Assembly: GCF_006345805.1 (NCBI RefSeq)
Contig: NW_021832833.1
Location: 36,138-100,137, forward strand
DNA from: Octopus sinensis
Lineage: Eukaryota
DNA: 64,000 bases
Direction: 5' to 3'
Shown here in pieces: positions 12,537-26,980 of this stretch. How positions within the stretch are numbered: position 1 is the first letter of the stretch; the number at the start of each line of letters is the position of its first letter. Under the pieces are notes generated by a model that ran no database searches, was not told where the DNA came from, and worked only from the letters and a program-made list of their open reading frames with translations. The position numbers and the translations under genes were made by a program.

Positions 12537-13648
12537 CTGTATAAAAGAAATATGAGCCTTATTTCGCTGTCTTCTCTATATTCATATGGATATAACGATA
12601 GAATATCCTGTAACGAATGTTTATCTCTGTATATATTTATTTATTTCTCTTCATCTCTCTGAGTAAGAAAAATTATTGGATTTGTTTTTTAAATAATAAT
12701 TTGCTATAACATCGAAAGTTAAAGCATAAAATTTTATACAAAATTATCTAACGAGAAACCAGCAAGAATCCGGATTTCGCAATTTTACCAACATTGCAGG
12801 GACGTTTCCACAGCTATTGATACTCTTCCGTCGCTTTTAGCCCTATACAACTCTAGGAGGAGAAGCCTCCTCAAGAAGGAATTCTGCAGTTTTGTGGCTT
12901 ATACGTTATGCCCATGTTAAGGAATATATGCAGAATGCTATTATGAAGCCATACAGCTTTCGTGGCTAATAACGATTATGCTTACATATATGTATATGTG
13001 TATGCGTACGTCTGTGTTTCGGTATGTGTGGTGTATGTGAGTGTGAGTGTGTATATGTATGTGTACTCTGAATTTTTTCTTTAAAAACAAAATCTGGGCT
13101 TCGGGTTTCAAAACAATTTGTAAATTTTCAAAATCTCTTTCTTAAACAAAAGCGTCACTCTTTGTTTTTAAGTGCGGACTGCAAAAGAAAATTGGACAAA
13201 AAAATCTATTCTGAGGCTGGGAGCCGAGATTAATAAATTTTCAAACATTTTCTTCCAATGAAAAGTTCCCCAAATCAGCATTTGAAAGGGTGTAAGGAAG
13301 AAAACTGAAGAATAATCGTCGCAATTGAGAAAATCCAACCTGTTTCGGAGTACTATGCTGAAAGTCCGCCAAGTCACCCAATTGCGAAAATTACACGGCA
13401 ACTACGGCAGATTCAGTAAATGCGAGTATGTGTATATATACGTGTATATTAGAGAGAGTAGCGACAGAGGGATGGGGATTCATTACGTGGATTAACACGC
13501 GAAGTTTCTCCCAATATATTTCCATTAACCAAACCATTCAACCAAGCACCTTTCTTAATATGTATTGGCTCTTTAAATATACTTGTAAAACAAAGTCTAT
13601 GATAAATCTATGTCTATAAATGATAGCTATTTGTTATGTTATACTTAC

Positions 13649-13759
13649 ATATATTACAGTATCTTCCAGAGTAACCAGGTCTGCATTTACAGGTGAAACT
13701 ACTTCCTTTCCTGATACAAAAACCACCGTTCTTACATGGTCTCCTATGGCATCGATTGA
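13649..13759 (-). CDS. EGF exon 7 (type A)
   Basis: 111 nt. NRCHRRPCKNGGFCIRKGSSFTCKCRPGYSGRYCNI. Confidence 0.87.
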
Positions 13760-14652
13760 CTAGTGTATAAAATAAATATGAGCGTTATTCGACAGCGTTC
13801 TATATATTTATAAGTTTATAACGATAAAAAAACGGTAAATAGAACGAAAGTTCTATTTACCGTTGTACTTATTGTTTATCTCTGTATATATTTAATTTCT
13901 TTCTCTTCATCTCTCTGAGTAAGAAAAATTATTGGATTTGTTTTTTAAATAATAAATTGCTATAACATCGAAAGTTAAAGCATAAAATTTTATCCAAAAT
14001 TATCTACCGACAAACCAGCAAAAATCCGGATTTCGCAATGTTACCAACATTGCTCGGACATTTCCACAGCTATTGATACTCTTCCGTCGCTTTTAGCCCT
14101 ATACAACTCTAGGAGGAGAGCCTCCTCAAGAAGGAATTCTGCAGTTTTGTGGCTTATACGTTATGCCCAAGTTAAGGAATATATGCAGAATGCTATTATG
14201 AAGTCATACATCTTTTGTGGCTAATAACGATTATGCTTACATATATGTATATGTGTATGCGTACATCTGTGTTTCGGTATATGTGGGTGTATGTGAGTGT
14301 GCATATGTGTGTGTGCTCTCTATTTGTGCGTGCGAGCGCGTGTATGTGTGTGTGTATATATATATATATATGCGTTGATAGAAAGAAAGAAAAAACAAAG
14401 AAAGATCCACAGACAGACTGCCAGACTGATAGATAAATACAAAGGGAAACACACAAACGGACAGACAGACAACCAAACAGACAGATAGACAGACAGACAA
14501 ACAAAGAGACAGCCAGATAGATAGATAGATAGATTAGATAGATAGATAGATGGATAGATAGATAGATTAGATAGATAGATAGCAAGATAGATAGATAGAT
14601 AGATATATAGATAGATAGATAGATATAGATAGATAGATAGACAGATACATAA

Positions 14653-14759
<107 letters not shown>

Positions 14760-14786
14760 CATAGATAGATAGATAGATAGATAGAT

Positions 14787-15082
14787 AACTTTCTCAATTG
14801 GTCACACAGGGGTGGACACAGAGGGGACAATACAAATGTAGAGCTTTTCTTTTCGGAGATGGAAAAGGAAAAAGAAAAAATAGGAAACAAATGTAAAATT
14901 TCGATGAAAAGGGATCGTGTATCACAGAAGAAAAAAATTCTTTTATCAATTTTTCAAAGTAACAGACAAGATTAGGTTCATCAGTGGAAAGAAAAGTTTA
15001 CAGAAAAGACCACGGTAACCTCAGGCAGGGAGTAAATAAACACATGAATGCAATGTACTCTCTCTTTCTCTCTCTCACTCTC

Positions 15083-15148
<66 letters not shown>

Positions 15149-15513
15149 ACGATTTACAGGATCATGCTCAATGTGGTTTCGTCTTTCGCACGCACCATCT
15201 TTGCTACATTCACCCACCTTTTTGAAACTTTCACGAAACAAATCTTGCCTCCTCATTCTCACCTTCCTTTTGAAGTGGTACTTGAAAAAGATGATGAGCG
15301 ATTGGCCAGAGAGATAAGTATTTCTCTCTAATCTTTTCGCTTAAGTCCAGCACACACATTCTTTCGCCATAGCCACAAGTACGATGAAAACTGCCTTGCT
15401 TTCCTGGTTGAGGGAATGGAGCCGTGCAACACTCACAACAGTCTCGGCCGACAGGCGGACATGACCCACACATGACAGCAGCCGTTAGGCATAAACCCGC
15501 ATGTCCGAAATGG
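14787..15513 (-). mobile_element. Tx1/L1-clade LINE 3' fragment next to (GATA)n
   Basis: Paralog of 17484-19070, shorter. Confidence 0.8.
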
Positions 15514-15653
15514 TCCCCAAAACTAAGCATGGTACATTCATACACCTTGCTTTTCATTAAAGCAAATTCCTTTCTATGAATGTATAACATTCCAAGCTCC
15601 TTTAATATATTTATAAAAGGACACCTTAGGATTATTTTTAGTGTTATACTTAC

Positions 15654-15764
15654 ACGAACGACAGTATCGTCCCATATAACCACGTCGGCATTTACAGATG
15701 AATCTACGTCCTCTCCTGATACATGCGCCACCGTTCTTACAAGGTTTCTTATAGCATAGATTGA
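15654..15764 (-). CDS. EGF exon 6 (type B)
   Basis: 111 nt. NLCYKKPCKNGGACIRRGRRFICKCRRGYMGRYCRS. Confidence 0.87.
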
Positions 15765-16451
15765 CTTGTATATAAAAGACTTAAAATTACAATTTCACAA
15801 TCTTGTGTATAATGGAGGAATTCCATTTTACAAACTTCCTGTCTAGTGCTTTTAATTACTTTCTTTAAATAAAAAATATTAACTACGTGTTTCAAAACAA
15901 TTTGTAAATATTCAAAGTCTTTTTCTTAAGCAAAAGCGTCACTCCTTGTTTTTTAGTGCGTACTGCAAACAGAAAATTGGACAAAAAAAATCTGTCCTGA
16001 GGCTGGGAGCCGAGATTCATAAATTTTCAAACATTTTTTTCCTATGAAAAGTTCCCCAAATCATCATTTGAAAGAGTGTAAGGAAGAAAAACTGAAGATT
16101 AACCGTCACAATTGAGAAAATTCAACCTGTTTCGGTGTACTATTCTGAAAGTCCGCCAAGTCACTCAATTGCTAAAATTACCCGGCAACGACGGAAAATT
16201 CAGTTAATGCGAGTATGTGTATATATACGTGTATATTAGAGAGAGGGGCGACAGAGGGATGGGGATTCATTACCTGGATTAACACGCGAAGTTTCTCCCA
16301 ATATATTTTCATTAACCAAGCCATTCAACCAAGCACCTTTCTTAATATGAATTCATGAGAAACCTACCTTGGCTCTTAAATATACTTGTAAAACAACATC
16401 TATGATAAATCTATGCCTATAAATTATGGCTATTGGTTATGTTATACTTAC

Positions 16452-16562
16452 ATATATTACAGTATCTTCCAGAGTAACCAGGTCTGCATTTACAGGTGAA
16501 ACTACGTCCTTTCCTGATACACAAACCACCGCTCTTACATGGTCTCCTATGGCATGGATTGA
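16452..16562 (-). CDS. EGF exon 5 (type A)
   Basis: 111 nt. NPCHRRPCKSGGLCIRKGRSFTCKCRPGYSGRYCNI. Confidence 0.87.
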
Positions 16563-17142
16563 CTAGTGTATAAAATAAATATGAGCCTTATTCGACAGTG
16601 TTCTATTTATTTATAAGGGTATAACGATAGAATATCCTTTAACGAAAGTTCTATTTACCGTTGTACTTATTGTTTATCTCTGTATATATTTATTTTCTTT
16701 CTCTTCATCTCTCTGAGTAAGAAAAATTATTGGATTTGTTTTTTAAATAATAATTTGCTATAACATCGAAAAGTAAAGCATAAATTTTATCCAAAATTAT
16801 CTACTGAGAAACCATCAAAAATCGGGATTTCGCAATTTTACCAACGTTGCAGGGACGTTTCCACAGCTATTGATACTCTTTCGTCGCTTTTAGCCCTATA
16901 CAACTCTAGGAGGAGAAGCCTCCTCAAGAAGGGATTCTGCAGTTTTGTGGCTTATACGTTATGCCCATGTTGAGTAATATATGCAGAATGCTATTATGAA
17001 GCCATACAGCTTTCGTGGGTAATAACGATTATGCTTACATATATGTATATGTATATGCGTACATCTGTGTTTCGGTATATGTGGGTGTATGTGAGTGTGC
17101 ATATGTGTGTGTGCTCTGTATTTGTGTTTGCGAGAGCGTGTA

Positions 17143-17184
<42 letters not shown>

Positions 17185-17278
17185 ATATATGCGTAGATAG
17201 AAAGAAAGAAAAAACAAAGAAAGATCGACAGACAGACTGCCAGACTGATAGATAAATACAAAGGGAAACACACAAACG

Positions 17279-17326
<48 letters not shown>

Positions 17327-17385
17327 AAGAGACAGACAAATAGATAGATAGACAGATACATAAATAGATAGATAGATAGATAGAG

Positions 17386-17483
<98 letters not shown>

Positions 17484-17788
17484 TTTGATAACTTTCTTTA
17501 TTGGAAACACATGGTTTGGACACAGAGTGGACAATACAAATGCAGAGCTTTTCTTTTCGGAGATGGAAAAGGAAAAAGAAAAAGAAGGAAACAAATGTAA
17601 AATTTTGATCAAAAGGGATCGGGAAAAAAAAGCGATCAAATGGGATCGCGTATCACAGAAGGAAAAAAAAATTTTATCAATTTTCTCAAAGTAACAAACA
17701 AGATTAGGTTCATCAGTGGAAAGAAAAGTTTACAGAAAAGACCACGGTAACCTCAGGCAGGGAGTAAATAAACACATGAATGCAATGT

Positions 17789-17861
<73 letters not shown>

Positions 17862-19070
17862 TACGATTTACAGGATCATGCTCAATGTGGTTTCGTCTTT
17901 CGCACGCACCATCTTTGTTACATTCACCCACCTTTTTGAAACTTTCACGAAACAAATCTTGCCTCCTCATTCTCATCTTCCTTTTAAAGTGGTACTTGAA
18001 AGAGTTGATGAGGGATTGGCCAGAGAGATAAGTATTTCTCTCTAATCTTTGCGCTTGAGTCCACCACACACATTCTTTCGCCATAGCCACAAGTACGATG
18101 AAAACTGCCTTGCTTTCCTGGTTGAGGGAAGGGAGCGGTGCAATATTCGAAACAGTCTCGGCCGACAGGCGGACTTGTCCCACACATGACAGCAGCCGTT
18201 CGGCATAATCCCACAGGTCCGAAATGGATGGACACTGCACGAATGCGTGCAGAACGGTTTCGTCGCTCCGGTCGCATCTCGAGCAAGTAGGTCCAGTGTG
18301 TTTCGAACCGTGCCTGTAGAGCTTATCCTGAACAGGTACTGCTTCTCGATAGCACTACCAGGCCAAGGATCTTTGGTGATTGTCCATAGGTCCAGGTCCG
18401 AATGTTGTCCTGAACAGGCGGGTCAGGTGTCTCTCGTCGACGCCGAGATTCTGCCCGAGAATGTCGTCGCACCTCCCCTCCACCAATCCTCTATAACACG
18501 TCTTTGTTCTAATGAAGTCGAACAAATTTGATCCCGGACGGCAGAGTTACTGAAGAGCAACCTGACACTCGCGGTGCCATTCGCCTAGCCTCGGTCTCTG
18601 TTTGATCCACGATTGTAGTTCGGCCAAGGAGACGAGCTGCGGAAACGCGTGTCGCACAAATGGCATCCATACCTGTTCACCGTCGTCTATGAAGTGCCAG
18701 AGACGTCGAGGTCTCAGCGCATGTCTGCGCATCATCAACCACGGCATGCCTAGCCCTCCATTTAGCGGGTGATGACAGCAAATGGATCGCCTAACCATCG
18801 GAACGCTTCCCTTCCACATGAAGCGGAAGAGTATGCGTTCCAGTTTCGTAATGGTAGGGTCGGGACAAGGCACGACGGTCAGACGGTACTCGATGACGGA
18901 TGCGATGTACGCGTTCGCCAACTCCTCCCGACCTTTTACGGATAGCTTCCTCTCAGATTTTTGCTGGGTGAGAGTGGCCACCCTAGTTGTTATTTCGCCC
19001 CAATTCTTCTCCATTTGGAGGTCCGGACCATACATAGCGAGGAAAATTACGTTTTGAAATAAAGTCCAAT
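17484..19070 (-). mobile_element. Tx1/L1-clade LINE, 5'-truncated
   Basis: RT thumb (FRFMWKG...GGLGMP), CCHC region (CPRC...ETVLHAFVQC) and 3' UTR ending in (TATC)n. Confidence 0.85.
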
Positions 19071-19204
19071 TAATCCCCAAAACTAAGCAATGTACATTCA
19101 TACACCTTGCTTTTCATTAAATCAAATTCCTTTCTATGAATGTATAACTCCTTTAATATATTTATAAAAGGACACCTTAGGATTATTTTTAGTGTTATAC
19201 TTAC

Positions 19205-19315
19205 ACGAACGACAGTATCGTCCAATATAACCACGTCGGCATTTACAGATGAATCTACGTCCTCTCCTGATACATGCGCCACCGTTCTTACAAGGTTTCT
19301 TATAGCATGGATTGA
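19205..19315 (-). CDS. EGF exon 4 (type B)
   Basis: 111 nt. NPCYKKPCKNGGACIRRGRRFICKCRRGYIGRYCRS. Confidence 0.87.
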
Positions 19316-20011
19316 CTTGTATATAAAAGAATTAAAATTAGAATTTCACAATCTTGTGTATATTTACAATGAAGTAATGGAGGAATTCCATTTTACAAAT
19401 TTCCTGTCTAGTGCTTTTAATTATTTTCTTAAAAAAAAAATATGAGCTTCGGGTTTCAAAACAATTGTAAATTTTCAAAATTTTTTTCTTAAACAAAAGC
19501 GTCACTCTTTGTTTTTAATTGCGGACTGCAAAAAGAAAATTGGACAAAAAAGTCTGTCCTGAGGCTGGGAGCCGAGATTCATAAATTTTCAAACATTTTC
19601 TTCCAATAAAAATTTCCCCACATCATCATTTGAAAGGGTGTAAGGAAGAAAACTGAAGAATAACCATCGCAATTAAGAAAATCCAACCTGTTTCGGTGTA
19701 CTATTCTGAAAGTCCGCCAAGTCACTCAATTGCGAAAATTACCGGCAACGACGGAAAATTCAGTTAATGCGAGTATGTGTATATATACATCTATATTAGA
19801 GAGGGGGTTGACAGAGGGATGGGGGTTCAGGACGTCGAATAACACACAAAGTTTCTACCAAGATATTTCCATTAAACGAGCCATTCAACCTATCACCTTT
19901 CTTAATATGTATTCATGAGAAACCTGTCTTGGCTCTTAAATATACTTGTAAAACAAAATCTATGATAAATCTATGCCTATAAATTATGGCTACTTGTTAT
20001 GTTATACTTAC

Positions 20012-20122
20012 ATATATTACAGCATTTTCCAGAGTAACCAGGTCTGCATTTACAGGTAAATCTATGTCCTTTCCTGATACATGTGCCGCCATTCTTACAT
20101 GGTCTCCTATAGCATGGATTGA
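20012..20122 (-). CDS. EGF exon 3 (type A, 7 Cys)
   Basis: 111 nt. [36 protein letters not shown]. Confidence 0.85.
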
Positions 20123-20866
20123 CTAGTGTATAAAATAAATATGAGCGTTATTCGACAGTGTTCTATATATTTATAAGGGTATAACGATAGAATATCCTTT
20201 AACGAAAGTTCTATTTACCGTTGTACTTATTGTTTATCTCTGTATATATTTATTTTCTTTGTCATCATCTCTCTGAGTTAGAAAAATTATTGTATTTGTT
20301 TTTTAAATAATAATTTGCTATAACATCGAAAGTTAAAGCATAAAATTTTATCCTAAATTATCTAACGAGAAACCAGCAAAAATCGGGATTTCGCAATTTT
20401 ACCAACATTGCTGGGACGTTTCCACAGCTATTGATACTCTTCCGTCGCTTTTAGCCCTATACAACTCTAGGAGGAGAAGCCTCCTCAAGAAGGAATTCTG
20501 CAGTTTTGCGGCTTATACATTATGCCCATGTTAAGGAATATATGCAGAATGCTATTATGAAGCCATACAACTCTCGTGGGTAATAACGATTATGCCTACA
20601 TATTTGTATGTGTGTATGATTATTTCTGTGTTTCGGTATGTGTGGGTGTGTGTGAGTGTGAGTGTGTATATGTATGTGTGCTCTGAAATTGTGCGTGCGA
20701 GCACGTATATGTGAGTGTATATATATATGCGTATATAGATAGAATGAAAGAAAGAAAGAAAGAATGAAAAATCGACAGACAGATTGCCAGACAGATAGAT
20801 AAATACAAAGGGAAACACACAAACGGACAGACAGACAGACAGATAGAGAGATAGAGAGATAGATGA

Positions 20867-21061
<195 letters not shown>

Positions 21062-21065
21062 GATA

Positions 21066-21778
21066 GACACCGCGAGTGTCAGGTTGCTCTCAAGCATTTC
21101 TGCCGTCCAGGACCAAATTTGTGCGACTTCTTTAGAACAAAGGCGTTTTATAGAGGATTAGTGGAGGGGAGGTGCGACGAAGTTCTCGGGCAGAATCTGG
21201 GCATCGACGAGAGACACCTGACCCGCCTGTCACGACAACTTTCGGGTCTGGACCTATGGACAATAACCTAAGATCCCTGGCCTGCTAGTGCTATCGAGAA
21301 GCATTACCTATTCAGGATAAGCTCTACAGGCACAGTTCGAGACACACTGGGCCTACTTGCCCGAGATGCGGCCGGAGCGACGAAACCGTTCTGCACGCCT
21401 TCGTGCAGTGTATATCCATGTCGGACCTGTGGGCTTATGCCGAGCGGCTGCTGTCATGTGTGGGACATGTCCGCCTGTCGGCCGAGTCTATTGTCTGGTT
21501 TGTACCGCTCCCTTCCCTCAACTAGGAAGACAAGGCAGTTTTCATCGTACTGGTGGCTATGGTGAAAGAATGTGTGTGGTGGACTCGAGCGAAAGGACAA
21601 GAGACAAACACTTATCTCTCTGGCCAATCGCTCATCAACATTTTCAAGTACCACTTCAAAAGGAATGTGAGAATGTGGAGGCAGGTTTTGTCGCGTGAAA
21701 GTTTCAAAAAGTTGGGTGAATGTAGCAAAGATGGTGCGCGCGAGTGACGAAACCACTTTGAGTATGATCCTTTAAATC

Positions 21779-21835
<57 letters not shown>

Positions 21836-22134
21836 AGTACATTGTACTCTTGCTTTTATTTCCCTCCCTGTCTGAAGTTACCGTGGTCTTTACTGTAAGC
21901 TTTTCTTTCCAATGATGAACCTAATATTGTTTGTTACTTTGAAAAAAACGATAAAAAGTTTTATTCTTTCTGTGAAACACGATCCCTTTTGATCCCTTTT
22001 TTTCCCGATCCATATTGATGGAAATTTAATATTTGTTTCCTTTTTTTTTCTTTTTCCTTTTCCATCTCCGAAAAGAAAAGCTCTACATTTGTATCGTCCC
22101 CTCCGTGTCCACCCCTGTGTGGCAATAATAAAAG

Positions 22135-22136
<2 letters not shown>
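21066..22136 (+). mobile_element. Inverted copy of the same Tx1 insertion
   Basis: Reverse complement of about 17484-18575, followed by (TATC)n. Confidence 0.85.
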
Positions 22137-22220
<84 letters not shown>

Positions 22221-22237
22221 CTATCTATCTATCTATC

Positions 22238-22280
<43 letters not shown>

Positions 22281-22600
22281 GTCTGTCTGTCTGTCTGTCT
22301 GTCTCTCCGTTTGTGTGTTTCCCTTTGTACTTTTCGATGCTATAGCAAATTATTAGGATTTTCTCAATTGCGACGGTTAATCTTCAGTTTTTCTTCCCTA
22401 CACCCTTCAAATGATGATTTGGGGAAATTTTTGGAAGAATAGTTTTGAAAATTTATTAATCTTGTGAAAACTAAGCAGGGTACATTCATACACCTTGCTT
22501 TTCATTAAAGCAAATTCCTTTCTATGAATGTATAACATTCCAAGCTCCTTTAATATATTGCTAAAAAGACATTTAGGATTATTTTTAGTGTTATACTTAC

Positions 22601-22711
22601 ACGAACGACGGTATCGTCCAATATAACCACGTCGGCATTTACAGGTGAATCTACGTCCTTTCCTGATACTTATGCCGCCGTTCTTACAAGGTTTCTTATA
22701 GCATGGATTCA
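22601..22711 (-). CDS. EGF exon 2 (type B, lacks Cys3 and Cys6)
   Basis: 111 nt with intact splice sites. NPCYKKPCKNGGISIRKGRRFTCKCRRGYIGRYRRS, only 4 Cys. Confidence 0.7.
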
Positions 22712-23414
22712 CTTGTATATAAAAGAATTAAAATTAGAATTTCACAATCTTGTGTATAATTACAATGAAATAATGGAGAAATTCAATTTTACAAATTTCC
22801 TGTCTAGTGCTTTTAATTACTTTCTTTAAATAAAAAATATGAGCTTCGGGTTTCAAAACAATTTGTAAATTTTCAAAATCTTTTTCATAAGCAAAAGCGT
22901 CTCTCTTTGTTTTTAAGAGCGTACTGCAAACAGAAAATTGGCCAAAAAAAAATCTGTCCTGAGGCTGGGAGCCGAGATTCATAAATTTTCAAACATTTTC
23001 TTCCAATAAAAATTTCCCCAAATCATCATTTGAAAGGGTGTAAGAATGAAAAACTGAAGATTAACCATCGCAATTAAGAAAATCCAACCTGTTTCGGTGT
23101 ACTATGCGGAAAGTCCGCCAAGTCACCCAATTGCGATAATTACACGGCAACTACGGGAGATTCAGTTAATGCGAGTATGTGTATATATACGTGTATATTA
23201 GAGAGAGGGGCGACAGAGGGATGGGGATTCATTACGTGGAATAACAGGCGAAGTTTCTCCCAATATATTTTCATTAAACAAGCCATTCAACCATGCACAT
23301 TTCTTAATATGTATTCATGAGGAACCTACCTTGGCTCTTTAAATATACTTGTAAAACAAAATCTATGATAAATCTATGCCTATAAATTATGGCTATTTCT
23401 TATGTTATACTTAC

Positions 23415-23525
23415 ATATATTACAGTATCTTCCAGAGTAACCAGGTCTGCATATACAGGTGAATCTATGTCCTTTCTTGATACATGTGCCGCCATTCTTA
23501 CAAGGTCTCCAATGGCATGGATTGA
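23415..23525 (-). CDS. EGF exon 1 (type A)
   Basis: 111 nt, phase 1-1, cactag|...|gtaagt. [36 protein letters not shown], 6 Cys. Confidence 0.88.
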
Positions 23526-23705
23526 CTAGTGTATAAAATAAATATGAGCCTTATTCCACAGTGTTCTATATATATATAAGGATATAACGATAGAATATCC
23601 TTTAACGAAAGTTCTATTTACCGTTGTACTTATTGTCTATCTCTGTATATATTTATTTTCTTTGTCATCATCTCTCTGTGTAAGAAATATGATTGGATTT
23701 TTTTT

Positions 23706-23998
23706 AACAAAGAGCTGTTCTTCACTCCTGCTCCAGAGCGTAGGCTGCTGGGTCACTCTGAAAAGCTCTATCTGCGACGATTTCATCTCAATCGAACGAG
23801 AAGGGGTTTCTCCGTCCGAGTTGCGTATCCGTGGAATAAGCTGCCGGACGAGATAGTGAAGCTGCCGACGACCGCTCGGTTCAAAGCCACTCTTGATCAG
23901 AAATGGCCTGAACTCTTTGCATGAACACCACCCTGTACATAACTCCATGTCCCCCTACATGGCCTTCCTTTTTGCTTTTTGAGCCAAAAAATTAGCTT
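23706..23998 (+). mobile_element. CR1-clade LINE 3' end
   Basis: LLGHSEKLYLRRFHLNRTRRGFSVRVAYPWNKLPDEIVKLPTTARFKATLD. It interrupts a block that is contiguous in the paralogous units. Confidence 0.8.
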
Positions 23999-24662
23999 AA
24001 CTTTTAAATAATAATTTGCTATAACAATGAAAAGTAAAGCATAAAATTTTATCCAAAATTAGCCACCGAGAAAATTTTTGTGTCGAGGAGTGCTATTTAC
24101 GGAACCATCATTGTCATGAATTAGAAGAATTGGGGAACTCGCAAAAGTGATAGATATTCTTCAAGCAAAGTACAAAAAGGATTAGCTATACATTGTAAGA
24201 TGCGAGATCTGGTACTTTGCAGTTTATGCACCCAGTCACACTTCGCGATTCGAATGATGGTCTTTTCAAAGTTGCGATACTGAGTAAGGGCCTCCCAGTT
24301 TGCAAGAATGGGTAAATATCTTCAAGCGTTTTATGCCGGGTTATTTTCGTGTAATATCTAACACACTTATGAAGGAATCATTCGAAAGACTTGGAGTGTG
24401 AATTTGGTTCCGTGGAAATTTAAAACGAAGTTCCTATGAGGACAGATTTACTCACCCTTTTAGTTGTTTCTGATGTAGCCTTAAATATTGGGTGTTTGGC
24501 ATGTAATTTTGAATGTAGCAATTTCAATAAGTGTAATTAATTATAACCTGCTAGTTTCATTAAGAATCCTGTTAATTTCATATTAATGTGTAACTATTTA
24601 GCCGATTAAAACCTTGTAATAATTACAATCAGGCTTTTAAAAATATAATCGATATTAAAAAT

Positions 24663-24832
24663 GTGGAGGTGCAATGGCCCAGTGGTTAGGGCAGCGGATC
24701 GTGGTCGGAGGATCGCGGTTTCGATTCCCAGACCGGGCGTTGTGTGTGTTTATTGAGCGAAAGCACCTAAAAAGCTCCACGATGCTCCGGCAGGGGGTGG
24801 TGGCGACTCCTGTTGTACTCTTTCGCCACACA
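24663..24832 (+). mobile_element. tRNA-head SINE (family 4)
   Basis: A box (tggcccagtggtt) and B box (ggtttcgattcc). Related copy at about 46400-46665. Confidence 0.7.
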
Positions 24833-24844
24833 AAAAAAAAATAA

Positions 24845-25073
24845 GGCGGCGAGCTGGCAGAAACGTTAGCAGACCGGACGAAATTCTTCGCGGTATTGCG
24901 TCTGTCGTTGCGTTCTGAGTTCAAATTCCGCCGAGGTCGACTTTGTCTTTCATCCTTTCGGGGTCGATAAATTAAGTACCAGTTACGCACTGGGGTCGAT
25001 GTAATCGACTTAATCCATTTGTCTGTCCTTGTTTGTCCCCTCTATGTTTAGCCCCTTGTGGGCAATAAAGAAA
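24845..25073 (+). mobile_element. Family-1 SINE
   Basis: Full-length body. Confidence 0.88.
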
Positions 25074-25105
25074 GAGATATCAAAAATGAATAAACCATAA
25101 CTAAC

Positions 25106-25229
25106 CAATTTCGTAAACACTGTTTGCCAAGAATCCGCCACACGTCTGCCCTGACTTGCATTTCATATTACAATTATGGGCTCCACCATATTTGGAATAC
25201 CTTCCGCTACAAAAACATTGTTTTCCATA
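25106..25229 (-). CDS. Coding exon 4: WSC domain, C-terminal half
   Basis: gctttcag|[41 protein letters not shown], donor G|GTTAGT, phase 0-1. With exon 3 it supplies the 8 WSC cysteines. Confidence 0.88.
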
Positions 25230-25308
25230 CTGAAAGCATAAATAAAATAGATAATTATATCAAAATAAATTCTGATCTGTTAATTAGATAGTTATTGAAA
25301 CTGAAAAA

Positions 25309-25400
<92 letters not shown>

Positions 25401-25424
25401 ATGTATATATATATATGTATGTAG

Positions 25425-25455
<31 letters not shown>

Positions 25456-25739
25456 TGTATATATGTATATATAGTCACAATGAGAGTATTCAAAACTCTT
25501 ATAGGGATATTTATCCAAGATACACAGGTTTAATATATTAAATTTTGATGAGACAATCCTTCAATGAATATATTACATGAATATATTATATAGAATATGA
25601 TAAGATATCAGTTATTTTTATTGAGAGAGATGTAATGGACACAAATTAATTTATTAATATGCTGATTAATTAATAAATTAATTTGTATCCATTACATCTC
25701 TGTTTTCTAACTCAATAAAGATGTATTTATATACATATA

Positions 25740-25780
<41 letters not shown>

Positions 25781-26587
25781 GGCATGATTGAACGCTAATT
25801 CCACAAGTTTTTTTATATTCTCTCTCTGTTTATTTCCTCATGAACCATTCTGTTGAAGAGCATAGGCTCGAAACATAAAAGACCTTCTCGTCTTCTCGAT
25901 CCTCAAACTAATACACCTGCTTGTTGTTTATATATCTATCTTCTTTTGTTTTCCTGTAAATTTCAACTATGTGTGTGTGTTTGTATGTGTGTGTGCGTGC
26001 ATGTGTGTGTGTGTGTCTGTGTTTGTGTAAATTTTTTTTATTGAAGATGAAAAACTTCACAAGCTGTTGCTTGGAGTTTCTCGTAATTACTCATCGGACT
26101 TCTGCCTGATGGTCAGTGAAGTGAAACGTTGAGCCAAAATTTGTGGAATTTTCAGCTCAAGGAAACAGAATTTTTACTCTAGCTTTTGGTAGTCTAGTAC
26201 TATTTTTTCAACCCTATTTCATACAAGTGTGCTCATAAGTGTGTAGTGGTCAGTCAGTCAGTCAGAAAGGTGTTTACGTACATCACGGAGAGATGTAAGT
26301 TGAATTCAATTGGATTTTGAAAAGACGTAACTAAATGCGATAAGCTATCTTGCCAGCACTTTACCACTCTGCCTTCTCAGTTAGTTTTCGATCAATTTTA
26401 ATATAAATTAGCGGGACCCGTGAATCTTTCATGGAATTTATAGTAAACCTATTGGGTTATTCTTGAAAACTTTATCCAAAAAGCCTGAAAGCGTAACCTC
26501 TGTTGTGTCTGTATCAAAATCCGTTCATCTGCTCTTTATTGAAAAATGAAGGAAATTGGAATACGATGATTACTAAATGGACTTTAG

Positions 26588-26678
<91 letters not shown>

Positions 26679-26980
26679 CTTTGTGCACAATTTTATTGAC
26701 TTAATACACAGTACTCATGAAATAAATATTCACTCATATTTTTTCCGTTTTTCCCATAAACAGAAAAACTTACATTTTAAAATTTACATTGTCATAATTT
26801 CATATCTAGAAAGCGAAAGTTTTATAGTAAAATAATTATTTTATATGTAAAATATAGGGGTTACAACTTCACGGGGGTAAAAATTTAATGCAACATGGCA
26901 TACTCTGAAAACCACATCGTTGGTAACTTATAAGCCAAGGTGATGGCTCAGAGCCAATACACATTTTAGTTTGTGTACCC

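Noticed and set aside
22407-22600. Read-through C-terminal extension of ORF 22407..22712
   Set aside because: It lies past the conserved GTAAGT donor shared by all B-type exons, so it is intronic
24100-24350. Possible Tc1/mariner remnant (YAPSHTS..., GPPS)
   Set aside because: Too degenerate, with several stops and no TIRs found
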